Positions 10,562-18,587 of a DNA stretch of 64,000 nucleotides are shown piece by piece (positions within the stretch are counted from its first letter, which is position 1; each line of letters opens with the position of its first letter). Location of the stretch: assembly GCA_947454485.1 (NCBI GenBank), contig CANGJJ010000012.1, positions 1,687 through 65,686 of the forward strand, in the 5' to 3' direction. This DNA comes from Beijerinckiaceae bacterium (GTDB taxonomy: Bacteria > Pseudomonadota > Alphaproteobacteria > Rhizobiales > Beijerinckiaceae). The notes under the pieces were generated by a model. The model saw only the letters and a program-made list of their open reading frames with translations, did no database searches and was not told where the DNA came from. Both the position numbers and the translations under genes were made by a program.

Positions 10562-11032
10562 TCAAAGTGGCAAAGCAAGAAGCGTGTCGATGCGCGAACT
10601 ATCGCACACAACCACACGCTCAATGAGTTCAAGTCCAGCGCTCGTTTGGCGCCAGCTATCGAGATAACGGCCCGTCGCGAAAAGATCCGTCGTGCCATCA
10701 CGCATGATACGCGCGATGATAAATGAAGCTTCCGAGGTGACGCGCTCTTTGGTCTGTGCGGTGATGAGCGGCTGGCCAATCACATGCCGATAGGCTTGCC
10801 GCTCATAGATATTCGCATCGCGCAGGGCTGTGATGCGGTCGCGCACCATGCCCTTGGAGTTGAGAAAGATCAGCGAGGCCTCATAGCCGTCGCGGATATT
10901 CTGCGCGCTGGTGACGCGATAAAGACAATCTTGCGCGAAGAAATCCGGCCAGTCTTCCAGCCGGTCTTCATCGAGGCAGCGACCATAGGCGGCCTGGGCC
11001 TGCGCAATAGCAAAGACGAGTTCTTGTGACAT
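10562..11032 (-). CDS. Aromatic-ring-hydroxylating dioxygenase beta (small) subunit
   Basis: 156 aa with an NTF2/SnoaL-like fold signature (YGRCLDEDRLEDWPDFFAQDCLYRV...). Located 4 nt downstream of the alpha subunit. Confidence 0.88.
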   Translation of the reverse strand: MSQELVFAIAQAQAAYGRCLDEDRLEDWPDFFAQDCLYRVTSAQNIRDGYEASLIFLNSKGMVRDRITALRDANIYERQAYRHVIGQPLITAQTKERVTSEASFIIARIMRDGTTDLFATGRYLDSWRQTSAGLELIERVVVCDSSRIDTLLALPL

Positions 11033-11036
11033 GGGC

Positions 11037-12290
11037 TCACATCCCCATATGGGCGCGATAGGCCTTCCAGAAGCCGCGAATAGAGGCCTCTGTCACGCGG
11101 CTCTCGCTGCCCTCTGCGGTCTTGCCGCCCATTTCAATCACGGCCTTCTCACTAGGCGCACCCGCTGTGCCACGCTGGACGAAGCCGCCAACGCAGCCAT
11201 CTTCCATCGAAATATAGCCCGCAGGTCCGACGAGATTGGCCTGTTTTAAACGTGCTATACGCTCATCGGGCGTGTCGTCCTCAAAGCCCAGATAGATCCA
11301 GTTGAGATCTGTCTTGTCCGGGCCGCGCGGCACGACCTGACGAATGGCAATGGCGTTTTGGATCTGCTGCACGACGACAGCAGGAAAGACCGTCAGGATC
11401 TGCAGCGTCACGCCATCTTCATATTCTTCGAAGCCATGCAGCAAAGACGGGTCCGCCAATTTATAATCGCTATCCGAGCGGATCTTTTGGTCCGCATAGA
11501 CAGCATTGCCGGTCGGGCCTTTATCAATCGCTGAATAGCTGACGTGATGGCCGCCCGTTTCATCGACAATGATCGCGCCTTTTTGCGACAGGCGGTTCAG
11601 CTCGAAGGTCGTGAAGAAGAGATGCAGGATGCTGGCGTGATAGCTATCCTTCACATTCTCGATATAGAGCTTCCAATTGTTCGGCAGGGCCTGAGTGAAT
11701 CTGCCGAGCACAACGGGTTTGCGGCCACGAAAGACGCGCGAAATGCGTGACGCAATCTCTTCGCCCAGATAATCGGCAAGAGCGGGCGCATCAGCTGCGA
11801 ATGTGCCAAAGACGAGACCTGAATGGGTTTCAACGCGCAGTTTGCGCGGACCATGATCGCCCACTTTAAAATCAGGCGGCATGCCACCCTTGCCCTTGAT
11901 ACCTTTCATAAAGGCAACGCCAGTCAGATCGCCTTCCAGATTATAGGTCCATGCGTGATAGACGCAGGAGAAACCCTTGTCGGCCTTGCCGCGCTCTTCC
12001 AGACAGATCAGCGAGCCACGATGCGCGCAGCGATTCTCAAACGCATGGAGTTCGCCCGCTTGATTGCGCGTCACGACAACAGGCGCATCACCAACATGGG
12101 TCGCGCGCCAATCACCGGGATTGGGAAGATCAGCCTCAAGGCACAGAAAGGACCAGACGCGGCCTTGGAACAGCTGCTGCTGCTCTTTGGCATAGACATC
12201 GTCGCGCTGAAACAGCCAGAACGGCACACGCGTCAGACCTTCCGGCCAGTCGCATGGCGTGGGGGCTACAGTCGAACCCTCGGCGGCCAT
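11037..12290 (-). CDS. Rieske non-heme-iron oxygenase alpha subunit (salicylate-5-hydroxylase NagG / terephthalate dioxygenase TphA2-like subgroup)
   Basis: ORF track 11037..12482. The ATG at 12290 is preceded by AGGAGAGGAGAAG. The Rieske motif is CAHRG-x16-CVYHAW. The mononuclear iron motif is [13 protein letters not shown] (E-x3-D-x2-H-x4-H). At 417 aa with a partner beta subunit it fits the NagG/TphA2 group. Confidence 0.88.
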   Translation of the reverse strand: MAAEGSTVAPTPCDWPEGLTRVPFWLFQRDDVYAKEQQQLFQGRVWSFLCLEADLPNPGDWRATHVGDAPVVVTRNQAGELHAFENRCAHRGSLICLEERGKADKGFSCVYHAWTYNLEGDLTGVAFMKGIKGKGGMPPDFKVGDHGPRKLRVETHSGLVFGTFAADAPALADYLGEEIASRISRVFRGRKPVVLGRFTQALPNNWKLYIENVKDSYHASILHLFFTTFELNRLSQKGAIIVDETGGHHVSYSAIDKGPTGNAVYADQKIRSDSDYKLADPSLLHGFEEYEDGVTLQILTVFPAVVVQQIQNAIAIRQVVPRGPDKTDLNWIYLGFEDDTPDERIARLKQANLVGPAGYISMEDGCVGGFVQRGTAGAPSEKAVIEMGGKTAEGSESRVTEASIRGFWKAYRAHMGM

Positions 12291-12373
12291 GGGGCGTCTT
12301 CTCCTCTCCTGATGGGGGGCCGTTGACTGGCCCCGCTCCATGGTCCAACTATCCCGAAGACGAGCGGAGTGCA

Positions 12374-12386
12374 CGCAAATTTTGCG
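12374..12386. promoter_or_regulatory. Candidate operator palindrome in a divergent promoter region
   Basis: CGCAAA-T-TTTGCG, a perfect 6-1-6 palindrome that is AT-rich against a GC-rich background. It lies in the 149-bp gap between the Rieske alpha gene (-) and the 2-hydroxyacid dehydrogenase gene (+). Confidence 0.25.
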
Positions 12387-12439
12387 CCCGCGAAAAGACT
12401 TTCCCCGCCTCAGGCGGGCCAAAGAGGGAACCTGCACCG

Positions 12440-13411
12440 ATGAAGACCGTAGCTGTCCTCGACGACTACCAAAATGTCGCACTCAGCTTTGGCGCATGGG
12501 ACACAGTGCGGGCCCGCGCCAATGTCACAGTGCTCAATCGCCATATTGCCGATGAGGCCGAATTGGCCGCGCAATTGGCAAAGACGAATATCATCGTGTG
12601 CAATCGCGAGCGCACCAAGATCACCAAGAGCCTGATCGAAAAGCTGCCCCATCTGGAGCTGATCGTGACCTCTGGCATGCGCAATGCCTCGATTGATGTT
12701 GAGGCAGCCATTGCGCGCGGCATCACGGTCTGTGGCACCAATACGCTGGGCTATCCCACAGCCGAACTCACCTGGTCGATGATTCTCGCTTTCATGCGCA
12801 ATCTGCCCAATGAGGTGAATTCGCTCGCCGCAGGTGGCTGGCAGACCAAGGTCGGCACAGGCCTGCGCGGCAAGACACTCGGCATTATTGGTCTTGGCCG
12901 TATTGGCACGGATGTCGCCAAAGTCGGCCAAGCCTTCGGCATGAAGGTGATTGCATGGTCACGCAGTCTGACGCCCGAAAAGGCGGCAGCGCTTGGCATT
13001 GAATGCGTCACCAAAGAAGAGCTGATGAAGCGCGCGGATGTCGCCACGATTCATCTGGCGCTCAACAAAGACACACGCGGTTTGGTGGGCGCGCCCCAGC
13101 TTGCGCTGATGAAGCCGACCGCCCTCATCGTCAACACATCACGCTCGCCCATCATTGATGTGCCCGCGCTCATTGCAGCACTGAAGGCCGGACAGATCGG
13201 CGGCGCGGCGCTGGATGTCTATGACCGCGAGCCGCTCGCCAAGGATGATCCGATCCGCAGCGCGCCTAATACATTGCTCACACCGCATCTGGGCTATGTG
13301 ATCGCCGAAAATTATGAGGTCACTTACGGCCAGTCTGTCGAAAACATCCTTGCATGGATGGATGGCAAGCCTATGCGCGTCATCGATCCCAACGCACCGC
13401 AGGCACACTGA
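12440..13411 (+). CDS. D-isomer-specific 2-hydroxyacid dehydrogenase family, NAD-binding
   Basis: Internal ATG of ORF 11951..13411, preceded by [20 protein letters not shown]...[13 protein letters not shown] (GxGxxG)...TPHLGY. 323 aa. Confidence 0.88.
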   Translation: MKTVAVLDDYQNVALSFGAWDTVRARANVTVLNRHIADEAELAAQLAKTNIIVCNRERTKITKSLIEKLPHLELIVTSGMRNASIDVEAAIARGITVCGTNTLGYPTAELTWSMILAFMRNLPNEVNSLAAGGWQTKVGTGLRGKTLGIIGLGRIGTDVAKVGQAFGMKVIAWSRSLTPEKAAALGIECVTKEELMKRADVATIHLALNKDTRGLVGAPQLALMKPTALIVNTSRSPIIDVPALIAALKAGQIGGAALDVYDREPLAKDDPIRSAPNTLLTPHLGYVIAENYEVTYGQSVENILAWMDGKPMRVIDPNAPQAH

Positions 13412-13412
13412 T

Positions 13413-14609
13413 ATGGCACCGACCCCTCTCAATGCTGACGCACGCGCTCGTATGGAGGCGCTGAATGCCGAGGCCGCACAATATGCCATTTGGCTGCGCA
13501 CGCAGGCCAATGCCCCCGCACAGCGCCCCTGGTTTGCTGACACCGATGTGAAAGCCTCTGGCGAAATGGCACAGGGCCGCGTGGCTGCCGGCCAGATGAA
13601 AGCTGCGCCCCATCATTGGAAATGGCGCGAGATCTCGCCCTATCTCGACAAGATAGCTCGGATTGCGACCGAGGCCGATGTGCCGCCCGTCGAATTTGCA
13701 GATCGTCAGCAATTTTTGCTCACCAATCCGGGTCTGGGTGGCCGCTTGCAGGTCGCCTCCACCATGCGCTGCGCGGTCTCGATCTATAATCCGGGCGATG
13801 TGGCGCGCGCCCATTTGCACAGCCCCAATGCCAGCCGCACCATTCTCTCGGACAAGGGTGGCTACACCAATGTTGAGGGCGAGCGCTGCGAAGCCTCGCG
13901 CGGTGATTTGATTTTCACGCCGAACGGCACATGGCATGACCATGGCAATGACGGCAACGAGCCGATTGTGTGGGTCGATACGCTTGATTGGCCCTTGATG
14001 GAATTTCTCGACATCATCTGGCTCGATGAAGAACTGCCCCATGAGATGGGCCGAGACAATCTGCGCGCGCAAAAAGCGGTCTATTCAACTGGCCATTCGC
14101 GTCGCCTCTATGGTCAGGGTGGCATTGTGCCGCGCTTTGCCAATCATCAGCGCGGCATTGGTCATCAGCTCTCGCCCTACATCCATCTGCGCGGGCGCGA
14201 CATCAAAGAGAGCCTGACGGCGCTGCGCGCTGAAGCTGGCTGTCCCTATGAGGGAATTGATCTGGCTCTGATCAATCCGGTGACGGGTGCCTCCATCTTC
14301 CCCGCGCTTGGCTATGGCGCGCAGATGATCCGCGCTGGCGAAGAAACACGCTTCAAGCGCGAGACATCGAGCACAGTCTATGTCGTGATCGAGGGGCGTG
14401 GTGAGACTGAAGTCGCGGGCCAGACCTTCAAATGGGAAGAGAACGATATTTTCGTCGTGCCAAACTTCCTGTGGCGTCGTCACAAGGCAGATCTTGGCAA
14501 GGACGCGGTTCTCTACACGATGAGCGATGCTCCCTTGCTCGAAAAGATCGGCCAATATCGCGCGCAAGGCGTCGATGCGAAGGGCAAGATCGAGCAGCTG
14601 GTGGCGTGA
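13413..14609 (+). CDS. Gentisate 1,2-dioxygenase-family bicupin ring-cleavage dioxygenase (divergent member)
   Basis: Internal ATG of ORF 13314..14609, 1 nt after the upstream stop. GDVARAHLHSPNASRTILSD...GDLIFTPNGTWHDHGNDG parallels the canonical GDO at 45110 (GEIAPAHRHTASALRMVLEG...GDFIITPSWGWHDHGQEN). It carries a longer N-terminus and altered residues around the first His pair. Confidence 0.8.
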   Translation: MAPTPLNADARARMEALNAEAAQYAIWLRTQANAPAQRPWFADTDVKASGEMAQGRVAAGQMKAAPHHWKWREISPYLDKIARIATEADVPPVEFADRQQFLLTNPGLGGRLQVASTMRCAVSIYNPGDVARAHLHSPNASRTILSDKGGYTNVEGERCEASRGDLIFTPNGTWHDHGNDGNEPIVWVDTLDWPLMEFLDIIWLDEELPHEMGRDNLRAQKAVYSTGHSRRLYGQGGIVPRFANHQRGIGHQLSPYIHLRGRDIKESLTALRAEAGCPYEGIDLALINPVTGASIFPALGYGAQMIRAGEETRFKRETSSTVYVVIEGRGETEVAGQTFKWEENDIFVVPNFLWRRHKADLGKDAVLYTMSDAPLLEKIGQYRAQGVDAKGKIEQLVA

Positions 14610-14619
14610 GGGGGAGTGC

Positions 14620-14821
14620 CCTTCTCCCAATGGGAGAAGGTGCCCGCGGATGCGGGCGGATGAGGGGATCGGGCGATCGCCGAGAGAGGCACATCACGCG
14701 CGACTCATTCTGAAAGGCGCGATCCCCTCCTCAGTCGGCATCCGCTGACAGCTCCTCCCACTGGGAGGAGCGGGTGCCTCTTCTTGTATGGTTCAGTGAG
14801 CCTTCTCCCACTGGGAGAAGG
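14620..14821. repeat. Mosaic palindromic repeat cluster 1 (BIME/REP-like)
   Basis: Three ~21-bp palindromes are present. They are CCTTCTCCCAATGGGAGAAGG (14620-14640), GCTCCTCCCACTGGGAGGAGC (14751-14771) and CCTTCTCCCACTGGGAGAAGG (14801-14821). The linking modules are TGCCCGCGGATGCGGGCGGATGAGGGGATCGGG and GATCCCCTCCTCAGTCGGCATCCGCTGACA. The cluster sits between convergent genes. Confidence 0.9.
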
Positions 14822-14834
14822 ATAAGCCGTGCCC

Positions 14835-15851
14835 TTACTTAATCGCCTCTGCCGTCTTCTGCACCAAAGCAGGCGCGACCTTGTAAGCATCCTCGATCAG
14901 CGCCTGCATTTCCTCACCCGTGATGGGCGAGATTTCCAGACCTGCCTTTTCGGCTTCTTCCAGGAAGAGAGGATCCTTCATCGTATCCGCAAAGGCCTTG
15001 CGCAAAGCTGCCAGACGATCAGCGGGAATGCCGGGCGGGCCCATGAAGGGGCGGCCCATTTTCTGCGGAGCAAGAACAAGCTGCAGCATCTGCTTTTGCT
15101 CAGGCGTTGTGGCCTTGTCCATAATGAGCGGCACATTGGGAATGTCGGGGTGCTTCTCCATCGAATTTTGGATGAAGACAGTCAGCTGACCATTGCGTAC
15201 CTGGTTCATATATTCAGAGGCACGAATGCCCGTCCATGACCAACCGCAGCGGCCCTGCACTTCGCCGCGCTCCATCGCCAGATTGACATCATTGCCGCCG
15301 GGATAACCGCGCACGAGTTTGAACTTGGTGCCAAGAACAGCATTCGACAATTTCACATGCTGCTCAGATTCCGTGCCGGTGCCAAAGCCACCAACGACCA
15401 GCTCCTTCGTCAGCAAATCTTCAAAGGTCTTGATGCCGGCGCGCGGTGTGGCACCACAAACCGAGACTTCCGAATTGGCGCTGCCAATATACGAAAGGCC
15501 ATTGCCATCTTTGAACTGCGGGCCGGGATTGCCAAACAAAGGATCGAGCGGCACACCGCGCGCGATCGTGCCAAAGACAGTCCCGTCTTTGGGCGCCACT
15601 GCATAGAACCAATTGGCGAGGCGCACACTGCCCGCGCCTTCCATATTTTTCACGGTCACATTGGGCTTACCGGGAATGTGGCGACCGATATGGCGACCAA
15701 CGAGGCGCGCATAGACGTCGTAATAACCACCGACGCTAAAGCCGACATAAATATCGACCGTCTTGCCCGCATAGAATTGTTCGGGCGTTTGCGCTTGTGC
15801 AGCTTGAGAGAGCAGCACAGCTCCAGCGACGAGAGCGGCCAGTTTACGCAT
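14835..15851 (-). CDS. Bug-family (TctC-like) substrate-binding protein
   Basis: ORF track 14835..15911. The ATG at 15851 gives MRKLAALVAGAVLLSQAAQAQ as signal peptide. GGYYDVYARLVGRHIGRHIPGKPNVTVKNMEGAGS is the second Bug subtype, also seen at 23694, 29757 and 55901. Confidence 0.88.
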   Translation of the reverse strand: MRKLAALVAGAVLLSQAAQAQTPEQFYAGKTVDIYVGFSVGGYYDVYARLVGRHIGRHIPGKPNVTVKNMEGAGSVRLANWFYAVAPKDGTVFGTIARGVPLDPLFGNPGPQFKDGNGLSYIGSANSEVSVCGATPRAGIKTFEDLLTKELVVGGFGTGTESEQHVKLSNAVLGTKFKLVRGYPGGNDVNLAMERGEVQGRCGWSWTGIRASEYMNQVRNGQLTVFIQNSMEKHPDIPNVPLIMDKATTPEQKQMLQLVLAPQKMGRPFMGPPGIPADRLAALRKAFADTMKDPLFLEEAEKAGLEISPITGEEMQALIEDAYKVAPALVQKTAEAIK

Positions 15852-15862
15852 GATCATATCCT

Positions 15863-16702
15863 TCACTTCGGCCAGCCAAGGCATGTGGCGAGTGATTTGC
15901 CCATGACCCATTCAAGATCTGACGTCGACAAAAAGCTCATCGCCTCTGTGAACATCGTCACGCATTGACGATAGGTACAGGTCGGCGGCAGGCGTGAATA
16001 ATCACTGCCCCACATGCACCGTTCCACGCCAAAGCCATCAATCACGCGCTTGATGGGATCATGCAGATTGGGGAAGGGATAGTTCTGCGACGAAAAGCAC
16101 GGCATGGCCGATGTCTTCACCCAGACATTTTTGAGCGGCGCGAGTTCGAGCAGACGCTTGGCGCCATTGGGCGCTTCATCATCCATCGTCTCGCGCGCAA
16201 AGCCCATATGATCAACGATGATCGTCAGATTGGGATGGCGCTTGGCGATGTCAGCAATCTGCGGCAGACGCTCAGGTGCGTGAACCATGACGGGAATGCC
16301 AAGACGTTCGGCCTCAGGCCAGAACCAGTCAGCCACACCATTGGTCAATTGCGGGCGATCATTGTCACGATGGAAGGTCAGGCGCACGCCAAGCATGCCA
16401 GCATCAGACTTCCAACGCTCTAGGCGCGCCTGCGCACCGGGCTTGTCGATGAGCAAACGGCCCATGACAGCAAAGCGGTCAGGATGTTTTTGCGCAGCGG
16501 CGAGCGCCAGATCATTACGGTCGCCATCAAGCGAAGGCGGCACGATGATCGTATGGGTAACGCCTGCCTCTTTCATGTCGCTCAGCAAGACATCAGCGGT
16601 GATCGGCACATCGCGATGCGCGCGCTTCTCCATACCCTCCATCCAGGGGCGCTCTGGCGAATGGGCGGCCCAGATGTGAACTTGGGAATCAATGATCATC
16701 AT
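15863..16702 (-). CDS. Amidohydrolase_2 family protein (COG3618-like lactonase/hydrolase)
   Basis: ORF track 15863..16711 (GTG). The ATG at 16702 lies 8 nt after GGAG. MMIIDSQVHIW (HxH-type motif), VDHMGF and WGSDYS are present. LigI (2-pyrone-4,6-dicarboxylate lactonase) belongs to this fold family, but specificity cannot be called. Confidence 0.85.
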   Translation of the reverse strand: MMIIDSQVHIWAAHSPERPWMEGMEKRAHRDVPITADVLLSDMKEAGVTHTIIVPPSLDGDRNDLALAAAQKHPDRFAVMGRLLIDKPGAQARLERWKSDAGMLGVRLTFHRDNDRPQLTNGVADWFWPEAERLGIPVMVHAPERLPQIADIAKRHPNLTIIVDHMGFARETMDDEAPNGAKRLLELAPLKNVWVKTSAMPCFSSQNYPFPNLHDPIKRVIDGFGVERCMWGSDYSRLPPTCTYRQCVTMFTEAMSFLSTSDLEWVMGKSLATCLGWPK

Positions 16703-16707
16703 CAGTC

Positions 16708-17499
16708 TCACTCCGCCTGTTCTGCGACCACAGCATTGCTCAAAGTGCCAATGCCCGTGATCGTAATATCGAGTTTGTCGCCGGGGACGATATTTTGCGG
16801 CAGCTCATCAGTTCCCAGCCACACAACATCACCCGGATTGAGCGTATTGGTCTGCGAGATCGCGCTGATGACCGTGCCTGCATCGAACAGCATATTGCCT
16901 GTTGCAAAATCGTGCAGCTTTTTGCCGTTCAAGAAAACTTGAGTGCGCATGGTCGCAAGATCGCAATCGGTCGCAATGAAAGGCCCCATGGGCTTGAACG
17001 TATCGGCATTCTTGCCGCGCAGATTGGTGGGGTCTTTTTTCTGCCACTCGCGCTCGGTCACATCATTGCCAATGGTCCAGCCGAAGATGCAGTCACGCGC
17101 TTGCTGCGGCGTGACGCGGCGGACGCGCTTGCCAATCACCGCGACAAGCTCTGCCTCATATTGAAAGTCAGGCCCGGAGCCGAGCGGCTTCACAATATTC
17201 TTGCCATGGGCCAGAAGCGCACTGTTGGCGCGATAGCCCACACGCGGCGCATCGTAATATTTTGCGCCTGTGCCGCGCACTTTGCCGCGCTCTTCCACAT
17301 GGGCCGCATAATTGGAGCCAATCGCATAGAAAGTTCCCGGCACGACGGGCACATCAAGCTCAACATCGCTCAACGCATAGGTCTGCGCGGTGCGCGCCCA
17401 TTCGCCGAAGATGGAGCCTGTGACGCGCGTGACGCGCTGGTCTTCGACAAGCCCATAGGCCACGTCATGACCGGGAGTTGAGAACCGGCACCAGATCAT
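16708..17499 (-). CDS. Fumarylacetoacetate hydrolase (FAH) family protein
   Basis: 263 aa. YEAELVAVIGK...GNDVTEREWQ...GKNADTFKPMGP...GDVVWLGT are typical FAH-domain blocks. Confidence 0.88.
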   Translation of the reverse strand: MIWCRFSTPGHDVAYGLVEDQRVTRVTGSIFGEWARTAQTYALSDVELDVPVVPGTFYAIGSNYAAHVEERGKVRGTGAKYYDAPRVGYRANSALLAHGKNIVKPLGSGPDFQYEAELVAVIGKRVRRVTPQQARDCIFGWTIGNDVTEREWQKKDPTNLRGKNADTFKPMGPFIATDCDLATMRTQVFLNGKKLHDFATGNMLFDAGTVISAISQTNTLNPGDVVWLGTDELPQNIVPGDKLDITITGIGTLSNAVVAEQAE

Positions 17500-17529
17500 A
17501 TGTCCCCCTGCGGCCGCATTCAGGCCTAC

Positions 17530-17567
17530 TGAATGAAAGAAGGCGGAGCTTCTACAGCCCCGCCTTC
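17530..17567 (-). terminator. Possible intrinsic terminator after the alpha/beta hydrolase gene
   Basis: On the minus strand the hairpin is GAAGGCGG-(13-nt loop)-CCGCCTTC, followed by TTTCATT. The loop is long and the U-tract weak. Confidence 0.4.
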
Positions 17568-17586
17568 CCTGTCACGTTACAAAAAC

Positions 17587-18399
17587 TCAACGCGCTTTGA
17601 GGACGCCGATGATCTCGGCCACCACATCATCGGGCATTTCCAGCGGCGTCAGATGGCGCGCCTTGGGCATTTTACGCAGGGTCGAGCCGGCAATGCCCTT
17701 ATGCATGACTTCGGCCATAGCGGGCGGGGTCGCATAATCTTCCTCGCCCACGAAGATGCGGGTCGGCACTTTGATTTCGCCAAGGCGCATGCGCAGGTCG
17801 AAATTGCCAAGCATGTTGCAGGTGGCGGCATAGGCGTTGATGTCATTCTTCAAGAATGTATCGACGCAGCCCTGCGCCACAGCAGGATTGGCCGCACGGA
17901 ACTCTTCGCCGAACCAGCGGGTGAGCTGGAAGTCGATCAAAGAGGACAGGCCCTTGGCGAGAGCGGCATTAGCGCGCTCAGCCCAAGCCTTGGGCGCGTC
18001 ATCGCCATAGCAGCTGGTTGTGTCGATGAGGGCGAGGCCCGCGGTGCGCTTGGGGTAATTGAGCGCAAAAGCCAGCGACACAGAGCCACCCATGGAGGAG
18101 CCCGCCACGACGGCGCTCTGCCAGCCCAGATGGTCCATCAGGTCATTCATGTCAGCGGCGAAGAGATCCAGCGTATAGGGGCCAGCAGGCTTGTCCGAGT
18201 CGCCATGGCCGCGGCAGCTGAGGGCCACAGCGCAGACGCCCTGCGCGGCAAGGCGCTGGCCGACCGGGCGCCAATAGGCATGGTCCATGGCCAAAGAATG
18301 GACCATGAGAACACGCTGGGGCGAGGCCGGATCGCCGTGCATTTCATAGACAATCTTCTGGCCATCGCGGGTTTTGAATGAGGAGGTCGTGGCGGTCAT
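17587..18399 (-). CDS. Alpha/beta-fold hydrolase (3-oxoadipate enol-lactonase-like)
   Basis: 270 aa with the nucleophile elbow GSSMGG, and LMVHSLAMD...RGHGDSD as in PcaD-like enol-lactonases or meta-cleavage hydrolases. Confidence 0.85.
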   Translation of the reverse strand: MTATTSSFKTRDGQKIVYEMHGDPASPQRVLMVHSLAMDHAYWRPVGQRLAAQGVCAVALSCRGHGDSDKPAGPYTLDLFAADMNDLMDHLGWQSAVVAGSSMGGSVSLAFALNYPKRTAGLALIDTTSCYGDDAPKAWAERANAALAKGLSSLIDFQLTRWFGEEFRAANPAVAQGCVDTFLKNDINAYAATCNMLGNFDLRMRLGEIKVPTRIFVGEEDYATPPAMAEVMHKGIAGSTLRKMPKARHLTPLEMPDDVVAEIIGVLKAR

Positions 18400-18587
18400 G
18401 GCTGTTCCATTCTTGGGCCGTAGCGGCGTTTCCGGCCACAGGCATAAAGGGCGCGGCGGCGCTTGTCAGCCCTGGGTTGGAAAAGTCATCAGACCTTGGT
18501 TGCATAGGGCGGCCACATCCCCTAGGCAGGGCAGGACTTTCCTCGGCTGGCGCAGACCAGCCGCAGCTTCAGGACAGGACCAAAGCC

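Noticed and set aside
14428-14890. Small ORFs translating the repeat clusters (for example 14428..14697, 14432..14713, 14527..14748, 14705..14890; also 26391..26588, 37566..37949, 37609..37845, 46083..46379)
   Set aside because: They are read-throughs of palindromic repeats, which is why peptides such as PLGEGARGCGRMRGSG appear on both strands. They have no SD sites and overlap one another in several frames.
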